Below, piece by piece: positions 1 through 11,935 of a stretch of 64,000 bases of DNA. The stretch is from Squalus acanthias (lineage: Eukaryota). The notes beneath the pieces are model-generated. The model was not told the origin of the DNA, made no database searches, and was given only the letters and a program-made list of their open reading frames with translations. Location of the stretch: assembly GCA_030390025.1 (NCBI GenBank), contig CM059432.1, forward strand, positions 140,618,001 to 140,682,000, given 5' to 3'. Position 1 is the first letter of the stretch. The number at the start of each line of letters is the position of its first letter. Made by a program: the position numbers and the translations under genes.

Positions 1-78
1 TTCATGGTTCTGCTGCTGCCACGGCTGGTCTTCGTCCGAATCTGATGTCCAGGAGGAAAGGAAATAAATGGTTCCCAT
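1..78 (-). CDS. N-terminus of a Harbinger transposase (intactness unknown, truncated by the window)
   Basis: Manual translation MGTIYFLSSWTSDSDEDQPWQQQNHE aligns with MGATYTVSPWTSELDQDEPQHQQHQ at 3577. Confidence 0.7.
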   Translation of the reverse strand, partial: MGTIYFLSSWTSDSDEDQPWQQQNHE

Positions 79-607
79 GCTTCTGGTATATGCCTCAGTT
101 GAGGAAGCGCTCAGTCAAGGTGGCGAGAGGGGTTTCCCAGGAGGTCACACTGGAGATGGGTGTTAGGCTCCAAACTTCCACAACAATGGGTATGCCTGCT
201 AAAAGTTCCCCAGACCTGAGACAACAAAGTTCGGCCACCTGCAAATGAAGATTGCTGAAAACTCCTTTTTAATGGTGGAGCTGCAGCTGTTAGTAAGCAA
301 TCCACTTGTGAGGCCGCCAGGTTTCACTGGCGTGTTCCAGAGGAGACGTGCAGGACGTGGGAAAAGTGGTAAAATCAGAAAGGCCTCTCAAAATGGGATT
401 ATAGAGGCAATTAACTGGTTGTTAAGGGCCTTAAGGGCCTATCCCGCCTCTTGGAGGCGGGATGGAAACGGGGTCAGAAAACACACATTTGGGAAAATTG
501 CTCGGCAGCGGGATGGAGGCGGGATCGGGCCCGCCCGTCATTTTTTGCGATTTTACCACCTCACACGCCTCCAATCCCGCCTCCTCGGTCCTGGCAAAAT
601 CGAGCCC
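1..607 (-). mobile_element. PIF/Harbinger transposon, transposase-proximal end; runs off the window start
   Basis: Terminus reads gggctcgattttgcc on the minus strand, the same motif class as the other Harbinger/MITE ends here. Subterminal GGAGGCGGG repeats are present. A transposase-like ATG lies 529 nt inside, versus 548 nt in the 3029-6602 element. Confidence 0.75.
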
Positions 608-810
608 TGTGCCTCTATTTATGAAGCCCAGTATCCCGTATGCTTTTTTAACCGCTTTCACAACCTGCAATGATTTGTGCACACATACCCCCAGGTCTCT
701 CTCTTCATGCATCTCCTGTAGGATTGTACTCTAGTTTATAATTGCCTCTCCTCGTTCTTCCTACCAAAATGTATCACTTCGCTCTTTTCTGCGTTAAATT
801 TCATCTGCCA
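608..810 (-). mobile_element. CR1 LINE ORF2 fragment
   Basis: Minus-strand peptide EERDLGVCVHKSLQVVKAVKKAYGILGFINRG, typical of the CR1 ORF2 C-terminal region. Confidence 0.8.
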
Positions 811-1301
811 CTACTTCCCCATGGTGGCAAAGGATGTAGATTCCAGGAAGCTGCATCAAGGTTAATTGCCAGTGTTCGAGTTTCTGAGTGTTATAGAGCA
901 TGGTTGATGTGGTTGAGGTTGAAGATCAACCATGACCTTATTGAATGGTGGAGCCGGCTCAAGGGGCCGTATGGCCTACTCCTGCTCCTATTTCTTATGT
1001 TCTTACTTCATTGACTGTAAAGCGGTGGTCGTGAAAGGCGCTATATAAATGCAAGTCTTTTCTTTTTCTTTCTATGTTTATTCAGTAAATCGGAAGATAG
1101 GCGTACTCCAAAGATTCCCAATTATTTGTTCTTCAATTCTTTGCTTGTCCTCTCCCCTTTTGAATGTGGAAACCTTTGTCCCAATGAACGGAGAAAGAAA
1201 ACAGGGAACTACAGGGCAGTTAGCCTGACATCAGTCGTTGGGAAAATGCTGGAATCCATTATTGTAAGGTAGTGTTAACAGGGCACTTAGAAAAACATAT
1301 T

Positions 1302-2053
1302 GGGCTGTATTTTGCGACCCCCTACGGGTGTGTACGAGGTGTGTACGCGCCCGTAGGGGCCGCGCAAGTGCCGGGTTTAGGCAGGTGAAGCACATGCGCT
1401 AAAACCCGACACTTGCGATCTTTCAAGAATCCTCTTGACAGATTCTCTGCATCCCCGGGAGATGGACCTCCGCGGGGGGAGAGTTGCGCTATTTGCCCAA
1501 CTTCCGCCCGCTGAAAGGCCGTGGAATTCTTACGCCTGGTAAAAGCAGGCATAAGGCCTGCTTCTACCAGCATAAAAATTTGTAAAAAATAGAAAAATAA
1601 AATTTTATCACTCACTTATACATTAAAAACCCTGTCCAATAAGGTAAGTTTATTTTTAGGCCTGTTAAAACATAGTAAAAAAAAATTCAAAAAATTAAAT
1701 TAAATGCCATTTTAATTAATTTTATATATGTAATGTTTAAAAAAAATGTATTTCATGTGTTCGTGTATTTTTTAAGTCATCCCCATTCATACTTATGACA
1801 GTCCCGTACGTACGGAACTCCCATAAGTATGAATGGGGATTCCCTTCTTTCATTGGTTGGGCTGGCCCACGTGATCCCAGGGGCGCTTGCGAACTGCCTA
1901 CGCCCCAGGAATACGTGGGCCCTGCGCATTTCTACCAGGAGAGGCCCAGGATCACAAGCCTCCGTATCTCCCGGACCACCAGGTAAATGCGTAGAAAATT
2001 TGATGATCGGAGGAATCCGCCAGCGGGAAACCTCTGATCGCAAATTCAGGCCC
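1302..2053. mobile_element. Harbinger-type MITE
   Basis: Imperfect 16-bp TIRs gggctgtattttgcga / tcgcaaattcaggccc. Perfect 3-bp TSD att (1299-1301, 2054-2056). Splits a CR1 ORF2. AT-rich non-coding interior. Confidence 0.88.
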
Positions 2054-3576
2054 ATTCAGGCAACATGGTTTTATGAAAGGGAAATTGTGTTTAACAAATT
2101 TATTAGAATTTTTTGAGAATGTAACTAGCAGGGTAGATAAAGGGGAACCAGTGGATGTAGTATATTTGGATTTCCAAAAAGCATTCGACAAGGTGCCACA
2201 TAAAAGGTTACTACGCAAGATAAGGGCTCATGGGGTTGGAGGTAATATATTAGCATGGATAGAGGATTGGTTAACGGACAGAACACAGAGAGTAGGGATA
2301 TACGGGTCATTTTCAGTTTGGCAGGCTGTAACTAGTGGGGTGCCGCAAGGATCAGTGCTTGGGCCTCAGCTATTTACAATCTATATTAATGATTTAGATG
2401 AAGGGATCGAGTGTAATGTATCCAAGTTTGCTGACAATACAAAGCTAGGTGGGAGTGTAAGCTGTGAGGAGGACACAAAGAGCCTGCAAAGGGATATGGA
2501 CAGTTTAAGTGAGTGGGCAATAAGGTGGCAGATGGAGTATAATGTGTGGAAATGTTAGGTTATTCACTCTGGTAGGAATAATAGAAAAACAGAATATTTT
2601 TCAAATGGTGAGAAACTATTAAATGTTAGTGTTCAGAGAGATTTAGGTGTCCTCATACAGGAAACACAGAAAGTCAGCATGCAGGTACAGCAAGCAATTA
2701 GGAAGGCAAATGGTATGTTGGCCTTTATTGCAAGGGGGTTGGAGTACAAGAGTAAGGAAGTCTTGCTACAATTGTACAGGGCTTTGGTGAGACCACACCT
2801 GGAGTACTGTGCACAGTTTTGGTCTCCTTATCTGAGGAAGGATATACTTGCCTTGGAGGCGGTGCAGCGAAGGTTCACGAGATTGATTCCTGGGATGAGA
2901 GAGTTGTCCTATGAGGAGAGATTGAGTAGACTGGGCCTATACTCTCTGGAGTTTAGAAGAATGAGAGATGATCTCATTGAAACATGTAAGATCCTGCGGG
3001 GGATTGACAGGGTAGATACTGAAACATTGGCCGAAATTTTCTCAGTCCCGAGCGTGCGGGTTTGCGGGCGTGTCAGCAATAAAAATCACCGAAATTGCCA
3101 GCACGTCAGGAACCCGGCATCATCCCGCTGACTTCCGCGTTTAACTCGGGCGCGTTTCCCAGCACACCGCGGACCCACTCGGCAGAGGCGGGCGACCTCA
3201 CTGAAGCACTTAAATACTTGTTGAGAGACCCTTAAGAGGGATTTTAACAGCAGCTTTTGGCTTTAACTTCAGGAGCACGGGATTCACGCACCTCGGGAAC
3301 CTCGCCTGTGAAGGGGAGGCGGAAGCTCAGTGGCCATTGTGCGAGTCCATTAAGTGACAGCTGGGAAAACACATAAATGCTCCCGCATTATACCTGCTTC
3401 CTTGCCTGAGGGAAAGGCTCTTGCTGACTCCATTTTGTGCAGGGATTTAGCTGTCAGCAGTCTGCAGGTCATTTCTGCAACCTCGGAAGCCGCTCTCACC
3501 ATATTGCCATTCACTATCACAACATTGAGGGATTGGGCCTCTGATCTCCACTTTACCTGCCATCTATTACATCAGC

Positions 3577-4801
3577 ATGGGTGCCACTTATACTGTCTCA
3601 CCTTGGACCTCAGAATTGGACCAAGATGAGCCCCAGCACCAACAACACCAGCCACACCAGCAGCAGCAACCACAACAGCAACAACACCAGCCACACCAGC
3701 AGCAGCAACCACAACAGCAGCCTTCTCCTCAACGCCCTGATGCTCCACAGGAGAGAGGGGTTCAGCACAGGGGTGCACCTCGCTGGAGGCGATAGCCCCA
3801 GCACAAGGTATACAGGCAGTGGATGAGCTTCCTAGACATGACTGAACAGCAGTGCTTGAGGAGGCTCAGACTATCGCACCAGTTAACGCAGACATTTGTA
3901 GCTTGCTGGAGCAAGACCTACTGCCCAGAGGACCTGGTGGACCTGCTTTACCAGTGGCTGTCAAAGTCACCATCGCCCTCAACTTCTTCGCCTCAAGCTT
4001 ATTCCAGGGACCTGCAGTAGACATTTGCGGCATCTCGCAGTCGGCCGCCCACAGATGCATCACACAGGCGGTCGATGGCATTTTATGGCAAGGCAGCCAA
4101 TTATGTGAACTTTGCCACTGATGAAGCCAGTGTTACTGAGCGGGCGCTCGGCTTTGCAGCTCTGGCTGGTTTCCCACAGGTGCAGGGCATCATCGACTGC
4201 ACCCCATCATCACACAGGAGTGTTAGTGAACTGCAAGGGCTTTCACTCCCTCAATGTGCAGCTCATCTGCAACCATAAAAAGATCATCATGCAAGTGTGT
4301 GCCAGATTCCCTGGCAGCTGTCATGATTCTTGCGTTGTGCACCAGTCCACCCTCAGCTCTTTGCACTTCCAAACAGACTTACCAGCTGGCTGTTTGGAGA
4401 CAAGGGCTATCCACTGGAGACATGGCTCATGACACCCTTGAGGAAGCCAAGTACTGAGGCCCAGGAGCATTATAATGAGAGCCACATGTCCACCAGATGT
4501 GTCATAGAGCAAGCAATAGGCATGCTGAAGATGCCTTGACAGATCTGGAGGAGCCTTTCAGTACGCACTAGCCAGGGTCTCTAGAATCATCGTCGTCCGC
4601 TGCGCGCTGCACAACATAGCGCAGCAGCGAGGATTGGAGCTGCAGGAGGAGCAAGGCGCAGAGCACACAGCCTCTTCAGAGGAGGAGGAACAGGTGGAAG
4701 ATGAGGAGGAGGAGGAACTTGAGGTGGAGATGGCACCAGCAGTGGCGCACATTGCTACCTGGGAGGCCCGGGATGGCTGCATAATGGCCAGATTTACTTA
4801 A
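3577..4801 (+). pseudogene. Harbinger (HARBI1-like, DDE_Tnp_4) transposase pseudogene
   Basis: Collinear motifs spread across frames: [109 protein letters not shown], acidic tail, TAA at 4799-4801. At least five frameshifts. Confidence 0.93.
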
Positions 4802-5089
4802 CTTGCTCCAATGCACCCATATGGCTGCCATATGTTGTACTAAGTTCCCCCCCGCCCCCCAACAACACCATAAAGCAGGCCTACAATGACTAAGCCATTC
4901 CTCTCACCCAAACCCCCATTGCTCGAGGTTAAGTAATGTCTCACTATTCACTCCAAGTGACAAGGCCACTTCCAAGGTAGCAGGCAAAACTGGACAAGAC
5001 TGGAAAGTGCTGCAAAGAAATACATTTATCTGTGCCATAAATATAACTGAAACTTATCACTAACATTTGTTCATACATGTGTATACCCT

Positions 5090-6295
5090 TGTGCATCTAG
5101 GATTGTGTCTTTTTGTTTCCAAGTGCTTCTACGAGGTGCAACCCCTGTGGCTTCAGCAGAGGTAGAGGCAGGCTGCTCACTTCCCTGCTGCGACTGCTTA
5201 GACACTTATGGCAGACGTCCTCTGGGTTTTGGAGCCTGTGAGGGCCCCGCCAAAGGCTGCTCCTCCTGCAACTGTGCAGGGGCAGACTCGGCCATCAGGA
5301 TCCGAGGCAGCATGTGGGGCTCTGACTGAGGGGGAGGCAACGGGGGAGAAGTGGGAGCGCTTTGAGAAGAGCCCCCACTTCCATGTCCCCTCTCACCATC
5401 ATCCCTCTCATGGGCCACCCGCACTTCCCTGCACATCAGTGGGGCAATGAACGCCGAATTCTACGTTTATATCCCTCCTCGAGAGGAGGTCTATGAGCGT
5501 CTGCCATCTGTTGTCTACAGTAAGCATGTTCCCGTGTGACTGGTGCATTTGCTGCTCCATGCAGGTGGCCATCCTTTCCATGGAACAGCACATCATCGCC
5601 ATCGCCTGCTAGATGATGGTGTTCATGTTGGAGATGAACTCCTCCATTTTCTGTACAGCCGCACACATCGCGGCTGAAAAAGCTGCCAGAGCCTCCTGCA
5701 ATTGTTGCTGCCCCCTCCAGGATCGCCCTCTTTCTGGATGGCCCCCGAGGCTCAGCGTCTGCATGCAGCTGAGCAGAGCTTGGAGCATCCTGCGCCCTCT
5801 GGTGAGGAGTCTCCACTGCTGTCCCTGTCAACACCATCTGCTTTTGCTCATTTGTGACACCAGGTGACAACACTACTCTATCTCGCACAGGACCCACCCA
5901 GGTGGGGGTATCTGCGCTGGTGCTGGCTGCGCTTGGGTCTGCTGATGCTGCACCCTCAGAGACTGGAGCTTCCTCTGAGGAGTCGTCTTCCTCCTCCGCC
6001 TGGACAGTGGGTGGGGGACACTTGATGGACCAGTGGGAGAGTAAAGAGATGAATTAGAAGTGTTATATTAAGAATGGGTAATGTTACCATTGTGCACATG
6101 ATGACATTTCACTGGCTGCTGACATGAGTTACCATCTTTTGCGATCTCCAACCATGCCCTTTTTGTGTCTTTGGCTGGTCTTTTGCGTCTATCGCCAGGG
6201 AAGAGGACCTCCCTGTGTGCTCTTACTGCCTGCACCAGAACTTTGAGGGAGGCATCGTTGAATCTTGGTGTGGCCCTCTGCCTTTGTGTCTCCAT
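5090..6295 (-). pseudogene. Harbinger Myb/SANT-like (NAIF1/MSANTD-type) DNA-binding protein pseudogene
   Basis: METQRQRATPRFNDASLKVLVQAVRAHREVLFPGDRRKRPAKDTKRAWLEIA matches the RF...L..LV..V......LF........AW..IA trihelix pattern; the expected third helix is missing. Followed by an acidic/Ser-rich linker, a coiled-coil-like MERMATCMEQQM segment and a basic PRGR/PRRS tail with stops and frameshifts. Confidence 0.85.
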
Positions 6296-7894
6296 GACCC
6301 CCACTTTTATTAGTTTTATGACGCTACTCCGACCATCGATACCAACTTATTCACTCCTACATCAACCTTCTAATGAGAGGTATGCAAGGCTGCTTTAAAT
6401 ATCCGCGCTGGAAACGAGTCATTGGTGACGTCATCGGACACGCTCCATTTAATTGGGCCGGCAAAGGCACATGATTGGTTTAATTGGGGCCGTTAAGTAA
6501 AAGCCGCACTGCACAACGCGCAGTTCACATCTTCGGGTTCTAGACCCGCTATGCGGCCCGCACGCACGCACGCAACCCGACTCCAAGGTAAAGATTCCGG
6601 CCGTTGTTTCCCCTGGCTGGAGAGTCTAGAACTAGGGGGAAAAGTCTCAGGATAAGGGGTCGGCCATATAAGATTGAGAGACGGAGGAATTGCTTCACTC
6701 AGAGCCTAGAGTTGTGAATCTTTGGAATTCTCTGCCCCAAAGGGCTGTGGATGTTGAGTCGTTGAGTATATTCAAGGCTGAGATAGATAGATTTTTGGAC
6801 TCTTGGGGAATCAAGGGATATGGAGATCAGGCGAGAAAGTGGAGTTGAGGTCGATGATCAGCCATGATCTTATTGAATGGCGGAGCAGGCTCGAGGGGCC
6901 GTATGGCCGACTCCTGCTCCTAATTCCTATGTTCTTGTGTTCCTGAAGATTTGGCAGGGAAGGGGCTGCTGGGATGTCTAACAGAGAACTGGATCAGATT
7001 GATAACCGTGTTGCATATACCAGTGCTTTGATTTATTTTACAGAACTGCTGCTGCTGCCAGGTTGGCTTGGCTGTCGGTTCTTTTTATATGATCCAATGC
7101 CGCTGCCTCCAGAATCACCAACACCCACTTTGAAGCGGTTTTTCAATCCAAACACATCAGCGCTGATCCTTTTTGCTTCATAATGTAAAAAGTCTGGGCC
7201 AGTTTTCCTTAAATGATAAATCTTCACTCTGGCGTAGGTAGAGGGGCTCGGACTGGAATGGTTTAATCATGACACGCAATCTTTCTCTGATCAATTTATC
7301 TTTTGCCGTACATGTAATGACCAGCTCTCTTCTCCCCCACCCCCCTCCCCCATCTTATAATGAGGTCCTCCTCCCACCTTCTGGCCCACATTATCCACAC
7401 TGGGACAGCACGGCGCAGTATTATCTCTCCGTATAGTATCTCAACGCGACTTTAGATCTGGCTAATAAGCAGGCAAGACAGAATTTTGGTTTTTTGCGCA
7501 TACCCTTTACGAAAAGTTATCATGACATTAAATTATTTTTTGGCAAGGTGCCCCAGTTGTCGAACTTGACTTGAAAGAGGATTCAGCAATCTTTTTAGTG
7601 AACGGGAGGGGAATTAAGAACTGTTAAGCGCTATTGCTGTCCTTCTACTTCAGTTGCAATATTTCAATGTTGGAGCGTCGGCCTTGAGTTTGTTAATTGT
7701 CACTAAATTGCAATTTCTTTGAACACGTCCTGTCTCCCTTTAAATAACTTTTTTTTTGCCTGAAACACGCTATAATCCCTGTAGGACAGTCCGGGAGATC
7801 CTGGACCAGATTTCTGGAGACGTACTGGAACCTACTTAAAGGGGCAGCAACCTCATAAAAGCTGTTTGAAAACTTGGCCCCATCAGGTGGGTGT

Positions 7895-8160
7895 AGAAGA
7901 TCCCACGCCACTATTTTGAAGAGTAGCAGGGGAGTTCTCCCCCCCCGGTGTCCTGGGCCAATATTTATCCCTCAATCAACATCACTGCAGCAGATTATCT
8001 GGTCATTATCATAATTGCTGTTTGTGGGAGCTTGCTGTGCCCAAATTGGCTGCCACGTTTCCTACATTGCAACAGTGACAATACTTCAAAAAGTTCTTCA
8101 TTGGCTGTAAAGTGCTGTGTGACGTCATGGAAGGAGCTGTAGAAACACAAGTCAGCCTTT
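7895..8160 (+). mobile_element. Deu-domain SINE, 3' part
   Basis: Core gggagcttgctgtgcccaaattggctgccacgtttcctacattgcaacagtgac, shared with many copies in the window. Confidence 0.85.
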
Positions 8161-8289
8161 CTTTAATTTCCTCCGGACTCTCAAGAAGTTCACCCAGCCA
8201 CACTTTTGGACAAAAAAGAGGGAGTTTCTGTTTTTGTCCCGAATGAGGTGACTTATGCTGGGGTACAGACCCATGGACATCCCTCAAGC

Positions 8290-8500
8290 ATAGAATGTGA
8301 TCACTGTTGAGCCCAATCCTGTTATCGCCCAGTGCTCATGCACGCCCTTTCCAGCAGGGGTCAGTAGATAGCGATCAAAAGTCGGGACCTGCTTGATTTT
8401 CCCATCCCCAGGCCAGAGGCCAATAACAGCACCTCTACTGTCTCCTGGCAGATCATTAGCAAACTCAAACTCTAGATATATGGGATCAAACCGGGAATAC
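8290..8500 (-). mobile_element. Fragment of a second, older SINE-like family
   Basis: Reverse complement resembles 34190-35165 and ~47120-47270 (…gatcgctatc…tgacccctgctggaaa…caggattgggctc…). Confidence 0.5.
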
Positions 8501-8653
8501 TTTTTTTTAAAAAGGAAGAAAAATGGGAGGAGAGAGGAAATAAAGTTTAAGGTTTTAAAACTGAGTTAATTTAGATCGATCTAAATGTAATCACCAAACT
8601 ATGATTTCTAGCTTGTTTCTGACAGCATAAATAGTTAATGGAAATAATCATCT

Positions 8654-9218
8654 GGACTCGACTAATTCCAATGCTCTCCTGGCCAGCCTTCCAGCTTCCA
8701 CCCTTCATAAAATTTAGCTCATCCAAAACACTAACTCGCACCAAGCCACATCATTCACTCATCACCCCTGTGCTCGCTGACCTACATTGGCTCCCAATCC
8801 GGCAACGCTTCTATTTTAAAATGATCGTCCTTGTTTTCAAATCCCTCCATGGCCCTCGCCCCCTCCCTATCTCTGTAATCTCCTCCAGCCCTGCAACCCT
8901 CCGAGATCTCTGCGCTCCTCCAACTCTGGTCTCTTGCGCATCCTCGATTTTAATCGCCCCACCATCCGTGTCCGTGCCTTCAGCTGCCTAGGCCTTAAGC
9001 TCTGGAATTCCCTCCCTAAACCTCTCCGCCTCGCTACCTCTCTTTCCTCTTTTAAGACGCTCCTTAAAACCTACCTCTTTGACCGAGCTTTTGGTCACCT
9101 GTCCAAATATCTCCTTATGTGGCTCGGTGTTAATTTTTGTCTGATTACGCTCCTGTGAAGCGCCTTGGGACGTTTTACTACATTAAAGGCTCAATATAAA
9201 TACAAGTTAGTTGTTGTT
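8654..9218 (+). mobile_element. L2 LINE 3' fragment
   Basis: ITPVLADLHWLP, RAFSCLGLKLWNSLP, FKTLLKTYLF. The 3' end gtgaagcgccttgggacg…aaatacaag(ttg)n resembles the DeuSINE tail. Confidence 0.9.
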
Positions 9219-9701
9219 AAAAATCTTTCTAGTAAAAGTAAATATTTTACTTCTTATGGTTGCAGTGGGCCTTTAACTAAAAGTTTCTAATCGGTAAAAC
9301 ACAGTTGCTAACTTTATAATTTCAGTAATGAGACCCATGTAGTTCGGCACATTCCTCAGAGACTTACTCAAAATGGTTCGAACTTGGGAGAATAATTGGG
9401 ATTGGAATATTTAATTGAATTTTCTGCAAGTTACGGCTTTGCGTTAAAATAAAACTTTAGGTCGTTGCCAGGAATAGTCTGTACAGACAGGCTGCTTCAC
9501 TCAAAAGTCGATCTAAGAAGGTTAGTTTTTACTGTTTCTGTGGCACTCATTTCGTTAAAAAGCAAATTTGTTCTCCAGCTGCCATCCACTCATGATGGAA
9601 TGTAATTTTATCCTTTTTTGTGTCCTATAGGTCAAGTGCGCTACTGTGAGTTTAGATTTGATTTCTACATGTTAATTGACCAATACCACATTTTATACGA
9701 T

Positions 9702-9985
9702 AGCAAAATACTGCGGATGCTGGAAAATTGAAACAACAACAGAAAACGCTGGAAAAACTCAGCAGGCCAGGCAACATCCGTGGAGAGAGAAACAGAGTTA
9801 ACGTTTCAGGTCGAAACCCTTCGTCAGAACTGAGAAAAAAGCAGGAAATAAAACAGATAAAAAAAGCAAGGGGGAGGCTGGGGGGAGGAATAAAAGAACA
9901 AAAGGGGTGGTCTATGGTAAGTAGAGACACTAAGAGATGCTCAAGGCGAGACGAGATGGTAATAGGACAGGTTAAGAAACAACGT
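9702..9985 (-). mobile_element. Penelope-like element terminal repeat fragment
   Basis: gcaaaatactgcggatgctggaaa…cagagttaacgtttcagg…cttcgtcagaac; the same module recurs at ~43665, ~52520 and ~57170 and carries a hammerhead core. Confidence 0.7.
9796..9831 (-). ncRNA. Minimal type I hammerhead ribozyme motif
   Basis: Minus strand AGUU-CUGACGA-AGGguuucgaCCU-GAAA-CG-UU-AACU: complete core, helix I (AGUU/AACU), helix II and a palindromic loopless helix III. Confidence 0.75.
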
Positions 9986-10896
9986 GTAACATATAAACCA
10001 CGTTCTATACGTTACACGGTAGGGAAAGAAGTTGCTTTGATCAAGCACCTTATCACGTCTCACATGGCAAAGCAATTCATGTATAATTAATTAGTTTGTC
10101 GTGCAGTGACTGTTGTTGTGTAGGCATACCTGGCAGCCATTTTATGTACAGCAAGATCCCACAAATACCAATGAGATGAAAAGGGTGGGTGGGGGGAACC
10201 AGCTTCATGAAGCTTTCTTTTTCTTTTCTTTATGCTACGTGCCTACGTAAATGGCACTGGAAATGCATCGCCATCCCATTCGCACCTGACACCACTCTGA
10301 TTAACAGCCACGCAGCCTCAGGGTAACTTTTGGACCTTCTTCCCCCCTCTCCAGATAAAAAAAATACAGCTTGCCAAAAAAACACTGTTCGTTTTGCACG
10401 AAAACAGTTCCCCCCTCCGAAAGCGAGTGGTGCAAAAACAAAGTTAGCGCGGGGTGGGCGGGGGGGGGGGGGGGGGGGGGGTGATAAAAAGCACTTGCCT
10501 CCTTTCCAACCTGTGAATAGGTCGGTTCCCGATTACAGCAGTTCCTGTTTTTTTTTATTTATTGGGAAACCTAAATTGGGTCTTGAGCAGACCTGGTTGA
10601 AAATTCAAGATCTCTCTCTTTTATTCCTGTTGCATAAAGAGCTTTTAATTTGAATCTTGAAGAGGCGATGTTGGTGAGGGAGTGCAGACCCCCTTCATGT
10701 TCCTTGATGCTGCACATGGCCCCTGGTGAAAGGTACAGCCCAGAGCTGAAGAGCTGTTGCCTCAAGCGTCCAAACAACAACATCAGGCAGCTCTGCAATA
10801 ATGGCCAGACAAGATGGGAGCCTTGCCAGCACCAAAGCATTTACAGTCCCTGGCTACGATGCGAGGTGGTTTTCTTTTGCTAATGAGTAAGGCTTA

Positions 10897-11935
10897 AGAA
10901 CATAAGAAATAGGAGCAGGAGGAGGCCATTCGGCCCCTGCATTCGAGCCTGCTCCGCCATTCAATAAGATCATGGCTGATCTTCAACCTCAACTCCACTT
11001 TCCTGCCCTATCCCCATATCCCTCGATTCTCTTGGTGCCCAAGAATCATAGAAACATAGACATAGAAACATAGAAGATAGGAGCAGGAGTAGGCCATTCA
11101 GCCCCTCGAGCCTGCTCCACCATTTAATGAGATCATGGCTGATCATCCAAATTCAGAACCCTGTCCCTGCTTTCTCCCCATATCCCTTGATCCCTTTAGC
11201 TTTAAGAAATATATCTAACTCCTTCTTGAATATATTTAATGAATTGGCCTCAACTGCCTTCTGTGGTAGAGAATTCCACAGGTTCACCACTCTCTGGGTG
11301 AAGAAATTCCTCCTCATCTCAGTCCTAAATGGCTTACCCCTTATCCTTAGACTGTGACCCCTGGTTCTGGACTCCCCGGCCATCGGGAACATCCTTCTTG
11401 CATCTAGTCTGTCTAGTCCTGTTAGAATTTTATAAGTTTCAATGAGATCCCCTCTCATTCTTCTAAACTCCAGCGAGTATAAGCCCAATCGACCCAATCT
11501 CTCCTCATACGTCATTCCTGCCATCCCAGGTATCAGCCTGGTGAATCTTCGCTGCACTCCCTCCATGGCAAGAACATCCTTCCTCAGATAAGACGACCAA
11601 AACTGCACACAATACTCAAGGTGTGGTCTCGCCAAGGCCCTGTACAACTGCAGCAAGACATCCTTGTTCCTGTACTCGAACCCTTTCGCTACGAAGGCCA
11701 ACATACCATTTGCCTTCTTAACCGCCTGCTGCACCTGCATGCTTACCTTCAGCGAATCTATCAATCTTGTCTTGAATATACTCAAGGACTGAGCCTCCAC
11801 AGCCCTCTGTGGTAGAGAATGCCAAAGATTCACCACCCTCTGAGTGAAGAAATTTCTCCTCATCTCAGTCCTAAATGGCCGACCCCTTTATCCTGAGATT
11901 GTGCCCCCCTAGTTCGAGACTCTCCAGCCAGGGGA
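10897..11935 (-). mobile_element. Nested CR1 3' fragments (one inserted at ~11048-11753 into another)
   Basis: Two CR1 tails (aagaacataagaaatagg…, catagaaacatagaagatagg…). gaatc is repeated at 11043-11047 and 11754-11758. ORF2 C-terminal peptides [37 protein letters not shown]. Confidence 0.88.

Larger units (their letters stand above)
3029..6602 (+). mobile_element. PIF/Harbinger DNA transposon, TIR to TIR (two convergent genes, both disabled)
   Basis: Imperfect TIRs ggccgaaattttctc / ggtaaagattccggcc. Flanks att/gtt form a 3-bp TSD with one mismatch. Removing the element restores contiguous CR1 sequence. Contains a DDE transposase (+) and a Myb/SANT gene (-). Confidence 0.92.
1185..6943 (+). 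mobile_element. 5'-truncated CR1 LINE (RT to 3' tail), interrupted by a MITE (1302-2053) and a Harbinger (3029-6602)
   Basis: RT motifs VDVVYLDFQKAFDKVPH, GVPQGSVLGP and FADN (degenerate FADD), then LVRPHLEYC. CR1 sequence resumes at 6603 and ends in ggccgtatggccgactcctgctcc plus a tatgttc-like tail. Confidence 0.92.

Noticed and set aside
3577..6295. Domesticated host genes HARBI1 / NAIF1
   Set aside because: Both are frameshifted, enclosed by TIRs and a TSD, and inserted in a LINE, so they are transposon copies.
7033..7330. Short ORFs and a possible 18-nt exon (7044-7061)
   Set aside because: Weak donor, stops in the extended frames and no recognisable homology.
11153..11863. 236-aa ORF with a duplicated RRNFFTQRVVNLW motif as a novel protein
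   Set aside because: Chance in-frame fusion of two nested CR1 3' fragments.
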